Assembly (NCBI RefSeq): GCF_032062105.1
Contig: NW_026932050.1
Coordinates: forward strand, 248,001-312,000
DNA length: 64,000 bases
Direction of reading: 5' to 3'
Source: Saccostrea cucullata
Taxonomy: Eukaryota
Of this stretch, positions 1 to 14,281 are shown one piece after another; position 1 is the first letter of the stretch; the number at the start of each line of letters is the position of its first letter. The position numbers were made by a program, and so were the translations under genes. The notes beneath the pieces were generated by a model. It had not been told where the DNA came from, made no database searches, and saw nothing but the letters and a program-made list of their open reading frames with translations.

Positions 1-203
1 AGACTCGGCATTTACTCTTGTATCACACCATATTACACCTGTAACACACCTAGAACACACCCACACATACACCAACACATGCACACTTAATTGGTTTATG
101 GCTATCACATGAACTTCAGATTATTGTTTAGGTAAACAAAAGGGTTTTTTTATTTATTATGCTTATTTATAGAGTAAACAAATCATCCTTAACTTTTTGT
201 CAG

Positions 204-3200
204 ACTTTCACAGGTTCTATACTGGTAGCTGTGAATCCGTACAAAGACCTGCCTATCTATGATCAGGTATAGTATATACACTGTATATTAGTGTTGGCAT
301 CTTTGGTCCTAAAGAAAGCAGAATTGTGTCACAGTGAGAGTATTTGATAAATGTCATAAATACTGAAATTAATATCAAAAGAATTTTTTTTCAAGTTATC
401 TCAGTTATAGCAGCATAGGAAAAATTTACCGTTAGATTTAATGTAGTGTTTTATTAAATATTTTCGTTCTGATATATAATCTCATTTAATTGCTTGATAT
501 TAAATATCAAGTTTTGAGCAAGATCATTAAAAAATTTAACAAAATGCCAGTCAATGTGTATAGCTTGTATAGGTTGTTAAAGAACATAATTTCTTTAAAA
601 TGTAATTTATTCATGGTGTTTAAATCTACCATTTAAAACAGTGTCTTCAAATATCTAATAATTATTCTCCTTGATCATGAAATAATAATATATATCATAA
701 AAAGTTTGATGAAATTTTAAAAAAGAAATTAGCTCATTTAATTAATTTTTTTATTATCTAATACACGTAAAAACTTTCAAGATATTGCGTGCAGATATCT
801 TTAAGCATTCACAATATATATATGTGTTTTAATAGTGGTAAAATGGATTGATAGATATGGAATATGAATAAACATCGATAAGGAAGCAAAGGAAAGTAAC
901 CGGAACAATTTCATTGCCAACAAGGTTTATATATACTGAAAGGAAAAAGAAACGCAGGGTAAACTTTTGAGGTGAATTAAATTTATTTTTCAGAATATTT
1001 TTCAGTTTTTATATTCTTTTAAAACATCTTACAAAAGATATAACAAAAATCCTATTTGATTTTGTTTATATAAATAAAGTTATTGACGGTGACATATCAA
1101 AAGTGAAAAACGAAAGTTTTTGTGTAATGCCTCTTTTGACATTTATTTTTCCTTTTATGGAATTTATGAGCTGGTCTGATTAAGATTTAATGGGCATGGA
1201 TAACCACGCCAAAAAATTCTGCCTCGATAGCGCATGCGCCAGTGAGAGGAACACATCAGGTATTCAACTGTGAAGACCAAATTGCGGACATAGTTTACTT
1301 TGTTTTTTTGTGTGAACGTAATGATTATGATAGTCTACTGTATAAAAGGCTGGTTTTGTAGTTAGTAAGGTGGCAGATGTTAAGCAGTGGCTGTGAATAA
1401 CCCGCTCGTCACATGCAGTTCTGGTTAACGTTAGTGGTTTCTGAACACACCTGCCCTCTCTGACAACGGGTAACAAGTTTTATGGGACCTGAAAATAACT
1501 GTGATAACTGCATTTACTCTTGTATCACATTTCATTAAATACACCTGTAACACACCTAGAACACACTGCACACATACACCAACACATGCACACTTTAATT
1601 GTTTATGTGTATATCAGGTGCATTAACTTCAAAAAGATTTGTTGACAAACTTTAGGTAAACAAAAGGGTTTTTTTAGCGTTTTATTATGCTCATATTTAT
1701 AGAGTAAACAAATCATCCTTAACTTTTTGTCAGACTTTCACAGGTTCTATACTGGTAGCTGTGAATCCGTACAAAGACCTGCCTATCTATGATCAGGTAT
1801 AGTATATACACTGTATATATTTACACATATACATATCCATTCTTTTAAAAGATGACCTTCTTCTCCCCCCCCTTCCCGCACACACAAACACACACAAGCA
1901 AAAAAAAACCCAGAACATTAAAGATGAATATGACTCTTTATTACCTCACCCCACCCCACCCCACCCCCCTGGAAAAAAAACACCCCCCAAAAAAAACAAG
2001 TAAAAAAAAAAAAACCCTGCTGTGTAGTGATCAGACTGCAGTGGAGACATCACCCACACACACACATTATCACATGTTGGGGACCAGCCATTACATCATC
2101 AATATTTAATAGGAATGAATTGTCTCCCTAGGGGGCTCTGAATCATATGGTCTCTTATTGATCTCTCTTCCTCATTACCCCCATTACCATAGGACTGTGT
2201 ATTCCAGTAATGTACCAGGAAGGAAGATGGGGGTGGATCAAATCAAACGCTGGGGTGGAGGCTTGTTACACAATAGGGGCCTGGGGGAGTATTGATTATG
2301 TGGTGTTCCGTGATGATATTTAGTTTTCTATTGATGGGTTTAGTACTGTCATCCACTGTCGTTCTCAGTAAATACATTATACAGTCTGTCATCATTAGCC
2401 ATTTCAATTTTCCTTTGTTTTAAAGGAAAAAAAAACTCTTGTGGATATTAATTAAAGTACAATATAGATGCATGCCCAAGGGATTTATCTGTTTGATGTA
2501 ATGATAGTGATGTGGCTTAGATTAGGGAAATAAATAGAGTGTAGAATAGAATTGGAATAGCACGTACACTGATGTCTGTCCTCCAAATCCATTTTAATGA
2601 TATCATCAGAAATACAAATACAATTGGCATTTGGCAGTCAGATGAAAAGTTCATGGAAATTAATCTTTCCCCGATATGAGAAATCAATTTTATTTCCAAT
2701 ACCTTGTGTTACTGAACCTGTTTGCTCTGCATTTCTTCCTTTGTTTAAAATTTCCTGCCAAAAGAAATTACAAGAAGCTATAGCAGATTTTGAGCTGATA
2801 TTGAGAAGTATGAGATTAATGTTATCAGATCCAACTTAGAAAACGATCTAACTGCCTCTATCCATCATCTCGCCAGAGGAGGCTTTATTTAAAGAAACTC
2901 TATTTCTCTTGTGATGAATGCCATAACCCTCAGGAAGTCATCATAAACAAAATTAACATGTACACACACAGAAAACGGGACCTTTATGAAATCTCTTAAG
3001 TCCATTTCTCTCTTTACAGAAAGATGTTTCTGAGTTTAGTGGTAAGAAACTCAGCCAGGTGGAGCCACATGTGTTTGCAATCAGCGAGGCGGCATTCCAG
3101 AGTCTCCATAGCTCACAGAAAAATCAGTCCTGTATCATCAGCGGAGAGAGCGGGGCTGGAAAGGTATAATACACAGTTATGTCCCCTGATCATAAAGATT

Positions 3201-6193
3201 ACATCAGAGTTATGTCCCCTGATCATAAAGATTACATCAGAGTTATGTCCCTTGATTAATTCAGATTTATGCCCCTTGATGATTAAGATTAGAAAAATAA
3301 AACAATCCTTTAATATTAAATGTGACAAACAATACAGCTGATGATGTTAATTTCTGTGACAGTTATTACTGTTAGACTGGGTGATTTGTTTTAGTTCACC
3401 AACTTTTGTCTGAGTTCATCCATGGATTAAATGAGTAGTTATGCAGAGTTATGTCTCTCTTGTCTTTGTTATAAATGCATAAATTTCTATGAATGTCAAG
3501 TTATCTCCCTTTTGATTTGTTTTGACATTGTAAGAACATTAAACTCTGTCTAAATGTTAGTCAGAACTCAATTAATCTGATCAGAAAAACTGAGAAGTAT
3601 TTATTTTCACACACATACAAATATTCAGAATCAGATATGACATTCGAATTCTTGTAATATTGCCATCTTATTGTATGAGTTTATTACCACTTATGAACAC
3701 AAGTATTTAACCTCTGTAGGGAACTGATGGGCTATCTAAAGTACTGTTTAACACAGTAAAACATTAACACCATGAGGGTTTTAAGTAATATTCATTGGGT
3801 AAATATTCATCTTGCATCTTATATCACTGTATTTCTGATTGAAAGTTGATTAAAATCTGTTATTCTTTCCTAGCTGCCTCTACAGTGTATTAGAAGTAAT
3901 CCTTCATTTTATAAAGAGTTAGGTGATGGGTTTATAGTGACCTAAGGTTGTTCTGATTGAATGTTTTACTTTGTTCCTTTTTGAGTTGTATTTAAACAAA
4001 ATGTTAATAGAGATGGATAGCCAATGGAATAAATATGTTTGTGCATCAAAAAGGAAATAAAGACCGAATCCGTTTTTATAAAACAAACAGGAAGGCGTAT
4101 AAAGTGGAAGTGGTGAGGAACTGTGCTCTGTTATAAAACAGAGAGGGTTCTGAGTATGTATAGGATGTCTGGAGGAAATTCAAGTCGAGTGTGAGAGAGT
4201 ACTCTAAGCGTATAATTTTATCAGGATATAATGAGCCTATTGCATGCCAAATATAATTACGTTATTGAGTAGATGAGAGCGTGTGCCTGTTGATTGGTGC
4301 ACTGTAAATACCTGTAATTCACTGATCTTATCCAGGTGTTACAGGTACCCAGACCACATATTGACCCCCAGGTATTTTATGCCAAGACCCCAAAATATAA
4401 TACTCGTATAATAAGGGGGGACTTTGACCTGAAAGTTAATACAGGAAGCTAGGGACTTCATTGAATATTAAGGGAACACAGGGAATACTTTGGATATTTT
4501 CAAAACCACATTCATTTTTGACATAGCTCTGTTACTATTTTATAGGCATTTTCATACCTGAAACAAAATCCTCACTTTCACTCATCCATTGAAATCTCTG
4601 TGCTATCTGTATACTCATGCTATTTTGAGGGGGGGGTGGAATCTATTTTGAGATCAATATCACTTGCATGCCTGCCTTATTGAATGGCTCCCCAAGGCAT
4701 TTTGTGGTATGGGGTCATATCAACAAGACTGTGTTTTAACAGAAAACACTCCACCACATAGAGAAACGGGAATATCATAGAGGGGTTGTGTTATTGGTGG
4801 TGCAGTAGGGTCATAAATCAGTTTTATTGACCCCAGCTAAGTCAAGGTTAGCTCAGTGAGTGGTGGACAGTGTTATATAGGTGTGTTACCTGAGCATGTT
4901 ACCTGGCACGGCTACCTGACAGGTGTGAACACATTCTACCTGTTGATTATCACTTACTGCACTACTTAATGACCAAATGCTTCTCCTACACATCATAAAA
5001 GTACGGGAATCTGCACATACAGTAAAGTTTTACTTATTAATATCTGGTTATCTGTACATAGCTTGAGGGACTGTTTTGAGGTCAAAAGGTGTTTTAGTCA
5101 CTATATCTTTGAAAACAAATGAAAATATCAAACTATTGACTATCTGATGAATAAATTCATTTCCCTTTTCTTTCTTTCGCAATACGGAAGAAATGTTTCC
5201 CATTCATCAATTTCCAAACATAAAAAAAGATTTCTTGGTTTTATTTTATGGGCAATAAAATTCTGTTTTACATGCACACACACAAATTTGAAGCTCTAGT
5301 AATGTTACAGAGGGAAGTGAACCTGCATGTGATTTGTGTAATGATCTGAGGAGTCACCTCTTGTTAAGAAAAAATGGGAGTAATTGCTTTGCATTCTTTT
5401 TTGCTGTTGATGAATAATCAATGATAAATGACTCCATGAAACCAGCATATCTTTTAAGAAAGCCTCTAACATCCTGTCGTTATCAATAGAGACTGCTGCA
5501 TGCCGGTCTAATCCTCCCATTTACTGCAAGAGAAGTGAGGGTAAAGTGTCCAATAACAGTCTAAAATACAAGCATATAGTCCCAGCATTATAATAATTTG
5601 GCAAGCTATCCCTGAAATGAGTGCAGAGCCTGCAGAACTGCACTGCACTAAGTAGGCCTATTGAATTTCTTTATTCTTATTCTGAGTTTGGTGGAGCATC
5701 AGTAAATCACAAATATCTAAATCAGTAAATCAGAGATTTGTTCCGTGTTGATATGCAGTGAATCTACTCTTTGTAATGGCTGGAAATGAACTGCCCCTTC
5801 TGTATCAGACTGTATAACAACCCCATCATGTTATTGTCTTTGATTACCATCAGAGCAGAATCGACCAGACCCTATAATCTTGATAATAGCTCCTTATTAT
5901 GGATGTGTATTGTTTTTGACCCTCTGTTTTATTACATGTATTTTAGTCATCTAATGCCTTTTATAGGGTTACAGCATCCATGACATTTCTCTATTATATT
6001 CCAATGTTACTATTAACTTGATTCAGATGCAGTTTTATGTTGGCTTGACCTTTTTAGATATATTTACATCTGCACTGTATTAATACTGAATTGCTGGTTA
6101 TTTAAAGGTATCTTTGAAAGCAGACTATATACTTCTTTTCCTGGGGAGGGGAGGGTGGGAGAATTAATGAGAAACAGATTAAATGAGAGAGAA

Positions 6194-6225
<32 letters not shown>

Positions 6226-9200
6226 CAAAAGTCCAGTAGAAGGTAGCATTATAATTACACTGAATTTCCAAACTGTCAGTTTGATCACACGACTTAATTT
6301 GGTGGTTTACCATTTTGTCTTCCCTTTCACAATTGCATTTCCCATTTATGACATGTTAATATCCTTATGGATCAGATATTGCCATGGTACGTGATCAATG
6401 TAGAAAATATCAGGACAGTTATTCTAGGTCTTCCCTGAGAAAGAGTTTGGGTTAACAAGAGTTAGATTGGATTGCTTGTTTTATCTGAGTATAACTTTGT
6501 GTCTGGACTCTCAATTGTCTGATCTGTTATTTTGTTCTCTATGATACATTACTAAAATTGGTTTGCTTGAAGAAGTTCTTTCTGAACTTTGTTTTAAAAT
6601 GATTCACTCCAGAAATATCATAGTACTGCTATTGTCAGTACACCAACTTCATTGTATTGCCTTTTTAATTAAAAAAAAAAGAACTAGAAATTAAAGAAAA
6701 GAGAAAAATTATGTCATATATATGTTTACATTAGTTTCCAACACCATATAATCTATAATCTTTAAGTTAAAAGTATATGTACTAAGAAAAAATTGACTCA
6801 GTATGTAGTTAATGTTCACAGAGAAGAACACTTCATTTAGTATTATAGTGTAATCTACTTCTCTTGAGGAATAACGGTAATAAGACAGAACAGATATGAA
6901 ATATTTCTTTTGTTTTTCAGACGGAGACAACCAAGTTTATCCTGCAGTATCTGTGTTCTGTCACCAATCACGTGTCGTTCTGGGTAGAACAACAGATTCT
7001 TGAAGCCAACACCGTACTGGAAGCTTTTGGTATGTTTTGTTTCTGATTCAAAACTTCTTTGGTCAGTGAGCAATTATATTGTAAGGTGGTTTAAACATCA
7101 ATTTCTGTTTTGTTATTGTCCTTGACCTAAAAGTGAGTTTTTGTATGGTCAAGGTCATATTGCAGTGGTAAAGGTCACTGGGAAATGAAATGTTGAAATT
7201 AGGTCTGACCTATAACAACTAATATGCATTCAAAATCTAATCCTTGTTGTCCTTGATTTAAAAATTTAATATAACCTTGACCCAAGGTCATTGATCAAAG
7301 ATAATGGTCACTAGACAGTGAGATGATGAAATTGTTGAATCTAGATTCTGTAAATGGAATCAAAGTTAATAATTTTTTGTTGCCCTTAATCTCAAAGAAC
7401 TTGTGAAGATTATAATTAACTCAAAGGTCAAGGTCATAAGCCAGTTAAATTACCCTAGCTGTGAGGGGAATTAGCTCAAAGGTCAAGGTTGTTTAGCAGT
7501 AGTGTGATGTTAACTTACATGCTTATAAATACTGTAGATCACTAAATTTTCGCGACACCTTATTTTCGCGAGATTGTCATTGACTCTTTGTAAGCGAAGC
7601 CTAATTTTCACGAATAATTGTTATTCATCTATATTATCGTAAGGAATACTTTTATACGCGAGAATTTAATTTTCGCGAACGCATTGTCTCGCGTAATTAC
7701 GCGAAAATAAAGTTCTCGCGTATAAAAAGTGATTTACAGTACTGAGGTTCAGGAAAGGGCAAAGTCTTGTTTTTCTTTTCCCCATATAAAAAAAAATAAA
7801 CAATGACAGAATATGATTGCACCTTGAACTTAGGATCATGATAGGAATAATTAGCGGACAGGTGGCTATTTATTTTAACATCATTAAATAGCTTGCAGCA
7901 TTAAAGATAAAGTCCAACTTTTGATTGGAATCTAAAGTTCTCTTCTAAATCAGTCCCTTTAGTACCTGAGTTCTCTCAAAACATCATGTGTTAGTGTATG
8001 TATAATATATGTTTACACGAAGCAGAAAATCTCTCTTATGCTAGTTTTGATTTTTCTCACATTTCCAAGGTATTGGCTTAAATCAGGTTTTACACCAGGC
8101 AGATGATGTATAAAAATAGCACTATAAGATAGCATATTATATACGTGAAGAGATGGGAAATTTTTAAAATTGATAGATTAACTTTGACTAAAAAATGGAA
8201 AATTGTGAAGAGATTTCTCAGGAGGAGCCTGATTTCCGCAGATGATGTAGGATGCAGAACTTCTCATGACTCTAGCTGAGATGAGGATAATTAATATTTC
8301 TGTAACGAGCGTTTTAAAGAGCATTTGACTTCCGCCCTTAAAGTATCTGAGTGCATTTCTACAAATAGATTAAAGTACTAACTCTGACAGTCCTTCTCTA
8401 AGAGAACTGTATTTTTGTTTTATTTGAGAAGAACTCTTGATCTCGAGAGAGAGGGGGGAGGAATATGTTTAACAAACTTAAAAAAATTAAGTCACTAGGA
8501 GAACAGCCATGTCGTATTAAGAACCTCTGACTTTTACAAGCTATACTAACAATTTAATGCACGTTTGTGCTGCAGGCGGTCTAGATCTTCCTGGGTTTGA
8601 ATTGTTTGTTTATAAGAAGGATATAAGGGTTAACAGATTTAAAAGTTAAGGGGGCTCCAGCAGATTGGAGTGTGACCCTCGGTGTAAGACATTGTAGGAT
8701 CATCTCAGCGTTTTAACAAGAGACAGAAGTGTGTACCACCAGAAGTAGATTGTCAGTGATTCAGATTCGTAGTTTTCTACTTCCTGGTTTTGTTCCGTGT
8801 TGTCAATTTTACGTGCTTATAAATAAACAAGGAATTTATACTAAACGTCAAATAAATAAAATACTGAAACAGTTAATAAATAAAGGAAATTTTTCAAAAT
8901 AAATATCAGATGTTTCCCTGAAAAAAAAAATTGCATGTAAAATTTTAGTCAGGGATAAACTTTTTTTTTTTTTTTACCAAAGTATAAAGTTATTTAATAT
9001 TATAATATAATTATTATAAGTTCATTTTAGAAATTGAAAATAAAATTTAAAAATTATATATACATAATACAAGATTCATTGTCATTTGGATCACTTGATA
9101 ATATAGAACTGTGATTTTATTGCCATGATTTATTTCCAAAAGAAATTTAAGTTTAAAAGTGCACTAAATTTTATCATGCTTGCAAGGCAAAATTTTTTTT

Positions 9201-12200
9201 TACTAAATTAGCCCCTTAACCAAACAATTTTTTAAAAAAAATTATATTTATCCCAGTGGAAAAAAAGTGTGAAGATCACTGAAAAAAATTAAGTTTGTAG
9301 TCCATACTAAACACATGAAATTGATACATGTATTTTTGAAAATTATACTTTTAGGTAATGCAAAGACAGTGCGTAATGACAACTCTAGTCGGTTTGGGAA
9401 GTTTATGCAGGTGTGTTTTGACGAGAGTCACCAGATCAAGGGCTGTATCGTCCAGGACTACCTACTGGAGCAGTCCCGCATCACATTCCAGTCGCCGGAG
9501 GAACGAAACTACCACGTCTTCTACCAGCTCGTGGCAGGGGCTGCTGCCGCACCGGAAATACAGAACCAGTTCTACCTGTTACCCGTGGACAGTTACTTTT
9601 ACCTTAACCAGAGCGGGTGTTACAAACTCTCCAATGTGGACGATTGTAAAATGTTCGACAGGTTACGTCTTGCTATGAACGTCCTGAACATTCCGGCGGA
9701 GATGGTGGACGGTATTTTCTCGGTGTTGTCTGCGGTGTTGCTGATCGGGAATCTTACATTTGAGGACATTGAGGGAGAGAAGAGCGATCTGACGGAGGAA
9801 GCTAAGGGTATCCTGGAGATCATCTGTCAGCTGCTGGGGTTCGAGCCGGAGGGACTGACCGAGGCCTTGTTATTCCGACAGATTCAGGTCCGAGGGACGG
9901 TGACCAGTATACCTTACAAAATACAAGAGGTACGTGATGTGTCAGCCATTGGTTTACTCAATTTTAAAAACAAATTTTTACAAATTTAATTAAACCAATT
10001 TTGAGTCAAGCTGTTAGTAATAATATTTTATAACTTGTAGTATGAAATGATAGATTCATCTTGATGAAATATAGATATTTGTCTTTTAAAAGTGTGTATG
10101 TCATATTTTTACAAATAACTGCCTGCATTTCTATTTTATTTTTTTTTTTTTTGCACTTAGTCACTTTTTCGTAGAATTGTAAAATTTTGACATGAATAAT
10201 TTTATATGGTACTCAAACACAATATGAAATTAAGTTTCCTCAATACACATGTTATAAATTTAGACATGTATTTCCTGACAGGTTTTGGGAATTAAAAAAT
10301 TTTTAGAAAAAAAAAACAACATATTTGCACTTTTTTCATACAATTGTGATACCTGCATCACGACAATAAAAGTTTGGCACTCATAAACAATATAAAAACT
10401 ACTTTCATCGATATGTTCAACAATTACACAGTTTCCTGATAAGTTTGAACCAAAATTGAACCAAAACTTGAAAAGGATTTCATATAAATATAATACATTT
10501 TATAAGATAGAAAATTCATTTTCATCCCTTAGATAACCATACCCATTTTGATGATTTTTATTGATGAGTTAACTGAAGTTTTAAGGACAGGAAACATCAG
10601 TATTAAATGTGTACATAGATATCTATAAACAAAAATAGCCCAGAGTAAATGGCATTTTACAGAAATCTGAAGGAATTTAGAAACACTTAAAACATCGGTC
10701 ACATCCTTCTTCCCCGTACAACGTGATAATGATCGCAGTTCACTTTATTTCTAGATATTTGTTTCTTTAAATTAATTTTATCTGTTTCCTTTTGTTGAAA
10801 GGATACTTATATATATCTGAGAATTCTACATCCCTGTCTTATGTATCCAAGAATTTTATCATTTTGACTGCATTACATATTTGTCTTACATTAAAATAAT
10901 TTGCCAGTTCTTCCGTTTGTCTCATGGGAGATTCATGTGTACCCAGGAATTTTATATAGATCTCAAATTTTATCAGATTGGCTCCATTTCATGTACATTA
11001 TATATTTCCTTAAAAAATAGTTTGATAACAGATGGGAGTAAATCAAGGCAGCTGCACATTGAGAATTAAATGTAGATTTACGGTATAAGCCACAGCATTT
11101 TACGTGTACTGCACAAAAATATGCATAACAATAAAAACATTTCTCAACATCACTTTGGACCAATAGAAAGTATAAACATGTAAATGTATACACTCAGTCA
11201 GAATAAATGTACAGAATCCCTGCAAGATCGTACCATACTATTTTAAAATGCTTAAAGTTTTATATGCACTATCAAGTGCAAGTCTAGCTATTTAAAGAAA
11301 CTATATCTTAAGTTACTGGCTTGTATGTCAAAGGTGTCACAGGTAACAAGTAAGTTAGTAATTACATTCAAGATGGGACCAAGAGAAAATGTTCAAGATA
11401 TATTTGGAGTGGAGCTATCCCAGTAAAAGTACAGACTAATAAAGTATCAAAAAGTGGTTTGGACTGCCAACTCACTTCAAAATATGCAGAGTATTTGAGA
11501 TACTGAAATTTAACTAATATTTTATGTTATCATAATTTTTCCAAAGGCCAGTGATAATAGACATGCAGTAGCCAAGGCCCTGTACTCACGTACGTTTGCG
11601 TGGCTGGTGGATGCAATCAACAAATGTACAAACCCAGGACAACACCAGACCAAGTTTATAGGGGTCCTCGACATCTTTGGATTTGAAAACTTCCAGGTAT
11701 ATTTCTTGGATCTTTTCATTAAAAATAATATGTTTATATTTCCAGTGAAATTCTTAAAAACTTGCAATTACCTTGAAAATATTTCCCTAATATGACATTT
11801 TCTGATTCATTTATATAGAATGTTTAAGAGTAAATTTCATTGTCTGATAAAGATACATACATATACTTCACATTTCAGACTAACAGCTTTGAGCAGCTTT
11901 GTATCAACTACACCAATGAGAAATTACACCGATTCTTCAATCATTATGTTTTTGCCATTGAACAACAAACGGTAAGGGGATGTCTAACAATTGGAAATGA
12001 AGAACTTTATTTCAAAATTTGACTGTAATTTGAATGAAAAATTGACAAAGTCAGTGATGTATCATAATTTAACATTTTAGCTTACCTGTGCCATAGACTA
12101 GAGTGAGCTTTACTGTAGGAGTTCATATGGACTTTAATATGAACAAAACTCAAGATTGAAGTTCATATTCATTGAATTATGATTGTATTGAACTTGAAAA

Positions 12201-14281
12201 TGCGGTTCTAGAGTCATAACAAGAGAACTCGTGCATAAAGTGTCTCATGCAAGCATTATAGCTTATGGGCCTATCATTTTACATTGTCATTGTACAGTGA
12301 CCAATTTCTGTATTTATATTTCAGTATGAAGAAGAAGAAATCATGTTTTCCCACATCACATTCACTGACAACTCGGCCTGTGTAGAGCTCATAGAGAAGG
12401 TAAGTTATTATACAGAGTGATGTGTTGAAAACAACACAGATCATTTATTTAAACTGTGTACAATAAATTATTATTTTATGTAAATTACATCATACGTCGC
12501 TGTTGTGAAAGTTTAATGAAAACGAAATTTGTGATATAAAACAGAGAAACTTTATGATGGTTAAGGAGACAATGACTTTGTATGCTGTCAAGTTTTTCTC
12601 TCTCAGTATTTTACTTCATTGGAAGACATTATTCTAATGGCTTTCTAATATTTGATAGGCTCCCAGGTGTATTTTGAAAGCTTTAGATGAAGAGTGCAGA
12701 TTTCCACAGGTAAAACACAAATCTGCTCAATCATTTTATTTTATAATGGCAAATTACATACGTATATGTTTGAACTCTGCATGGATAAACATTTGCTATC
12801 ACACATAAGTTTTCTCTAATTACACATAGGGTACAGACAAATCATATGTCCATAAACAACACGAGGCGTTTGAGGGACACCCGTGTTACGTTAAGGGGGA
12901 TAGGAGACTGTGGGAGAAGGAGTTCGGGATCCACCACTATGCGGGGCTGGTCACCTACACGGTCCAGGGATTCCTAGACAAGAACAAGGACACCCAGCAG
13001 GACCAGCTGTTTGAGTTGATGCACGGATCCACCAACATATTTGTACAGGATCTCACTAGATTCCAGGTAAAAAAGGGGTAGATTTAAGGATAGTAAAATA
13101 AGGCCCACTGTTTTTCTTCGAGGATTTGCTTGGAATAGCAATACATGTTTACTATTATTGCTCCTAGAAGAAACAGCATACATTTGCTGTTATTCCAGCA
13201 GGATATGCTAGGAGCTACATTATACTTTGATATCTTTTCTGTAGGACTTGCTAGGAGTAAGGCTAGAGGATCTCAGTGGCAGACAGACGATATCACGTAC
13301 AAACAAAAATAAACCCACGGTAGGTGACACCTTCAAGCACCAGTTATCTGCCCTTGTAGACATTCTCCATAGTACCAATCCCTGGTATGTTAGATGTGTC
13401 AAACCGAACTCGGCCAAGAAACCTAACAACTTCAACACAGAGGAGGTCCTTACTCAGCTGAGGTACTCAGGGATGTTGGACATCATCAGGATCAAGAAAG
13501 AGGTCAGTGCTTAGTCAGGCTGGGGGGGGGGGGCATAAAACTTAGACAGGCTCACTTGTGATCTCGGTCTCACTTTTCCACTATTAATTTACAAATTTGG
13601 AAGAGGTACCCTCCTCATCATAAATAGCAATAAGTAATAACATTAACAAATAAAAAGTGAGACTGAGATCAAAAATTAGTTTGTCTAGACTTTTATGGTC
13701 CTAAATTTTCATGCAGCTTAATTAAGTATAGATTAGAATGCATGACTATTGTGTTGTGGGTGAAGGTCTTATTTTACTAAATCATTATAAAAATATAAAA
13801 ATTCTGAAGACAATGCTCATCTTTGATAACTTGTACCATCAAGAGCTGTCCTTTAGTTTTGAATTTCAGTAGAATTCTTAGGTCACTTTTGCAGCCTCTG
13901 TTATTTTTTAGGGTTTCCCAGTCCATGTTGCTATAGATGTCTTCCTGTCAAAGTATGGAGTCCTACTTCAGAAGTGTGATGATGGACTGGAGCCAAGGGA
14001 ACAAGTCCGAAATATTCTTAATGTTCTCCTTCTGCCAGAAACGGAATGGCAGGTCGGCAAAACAAAGGTAAGTGGGAGATGTGGACAGTTGACTGGAATT
14101 ATACACTCTGTGAATGGAGACATCTCCAGTATCTGCTAGAATGTACCCTTATATTTTCTTTCCTTTCAGGTTTTTATGAGGAACTCGGTCTTTGAACCTC
14201 TGGAGACAAGACGGTTCGAGTTCCTGACACTGAATGCTCTACTGATACAAAAGATCTGGAGAGGGTTCCACTGCAGGAAAG
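204..14281 (+). CDS. Myosin motor-domain exons (12 exons)
   Basis: [13 protein letters not shown]; P-loop GESGAGK|TE; [20 protein letters not shown] (switch 1); LDIFGFENF (switch 2); [15 protein letters not shown]; LDEECRFP; FGIHHYAG; FLDKNKD; YVRCVKPN; QLRYSGML; WQVGKTKVF. All introns are GT-AG. Confidence 0.96.
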
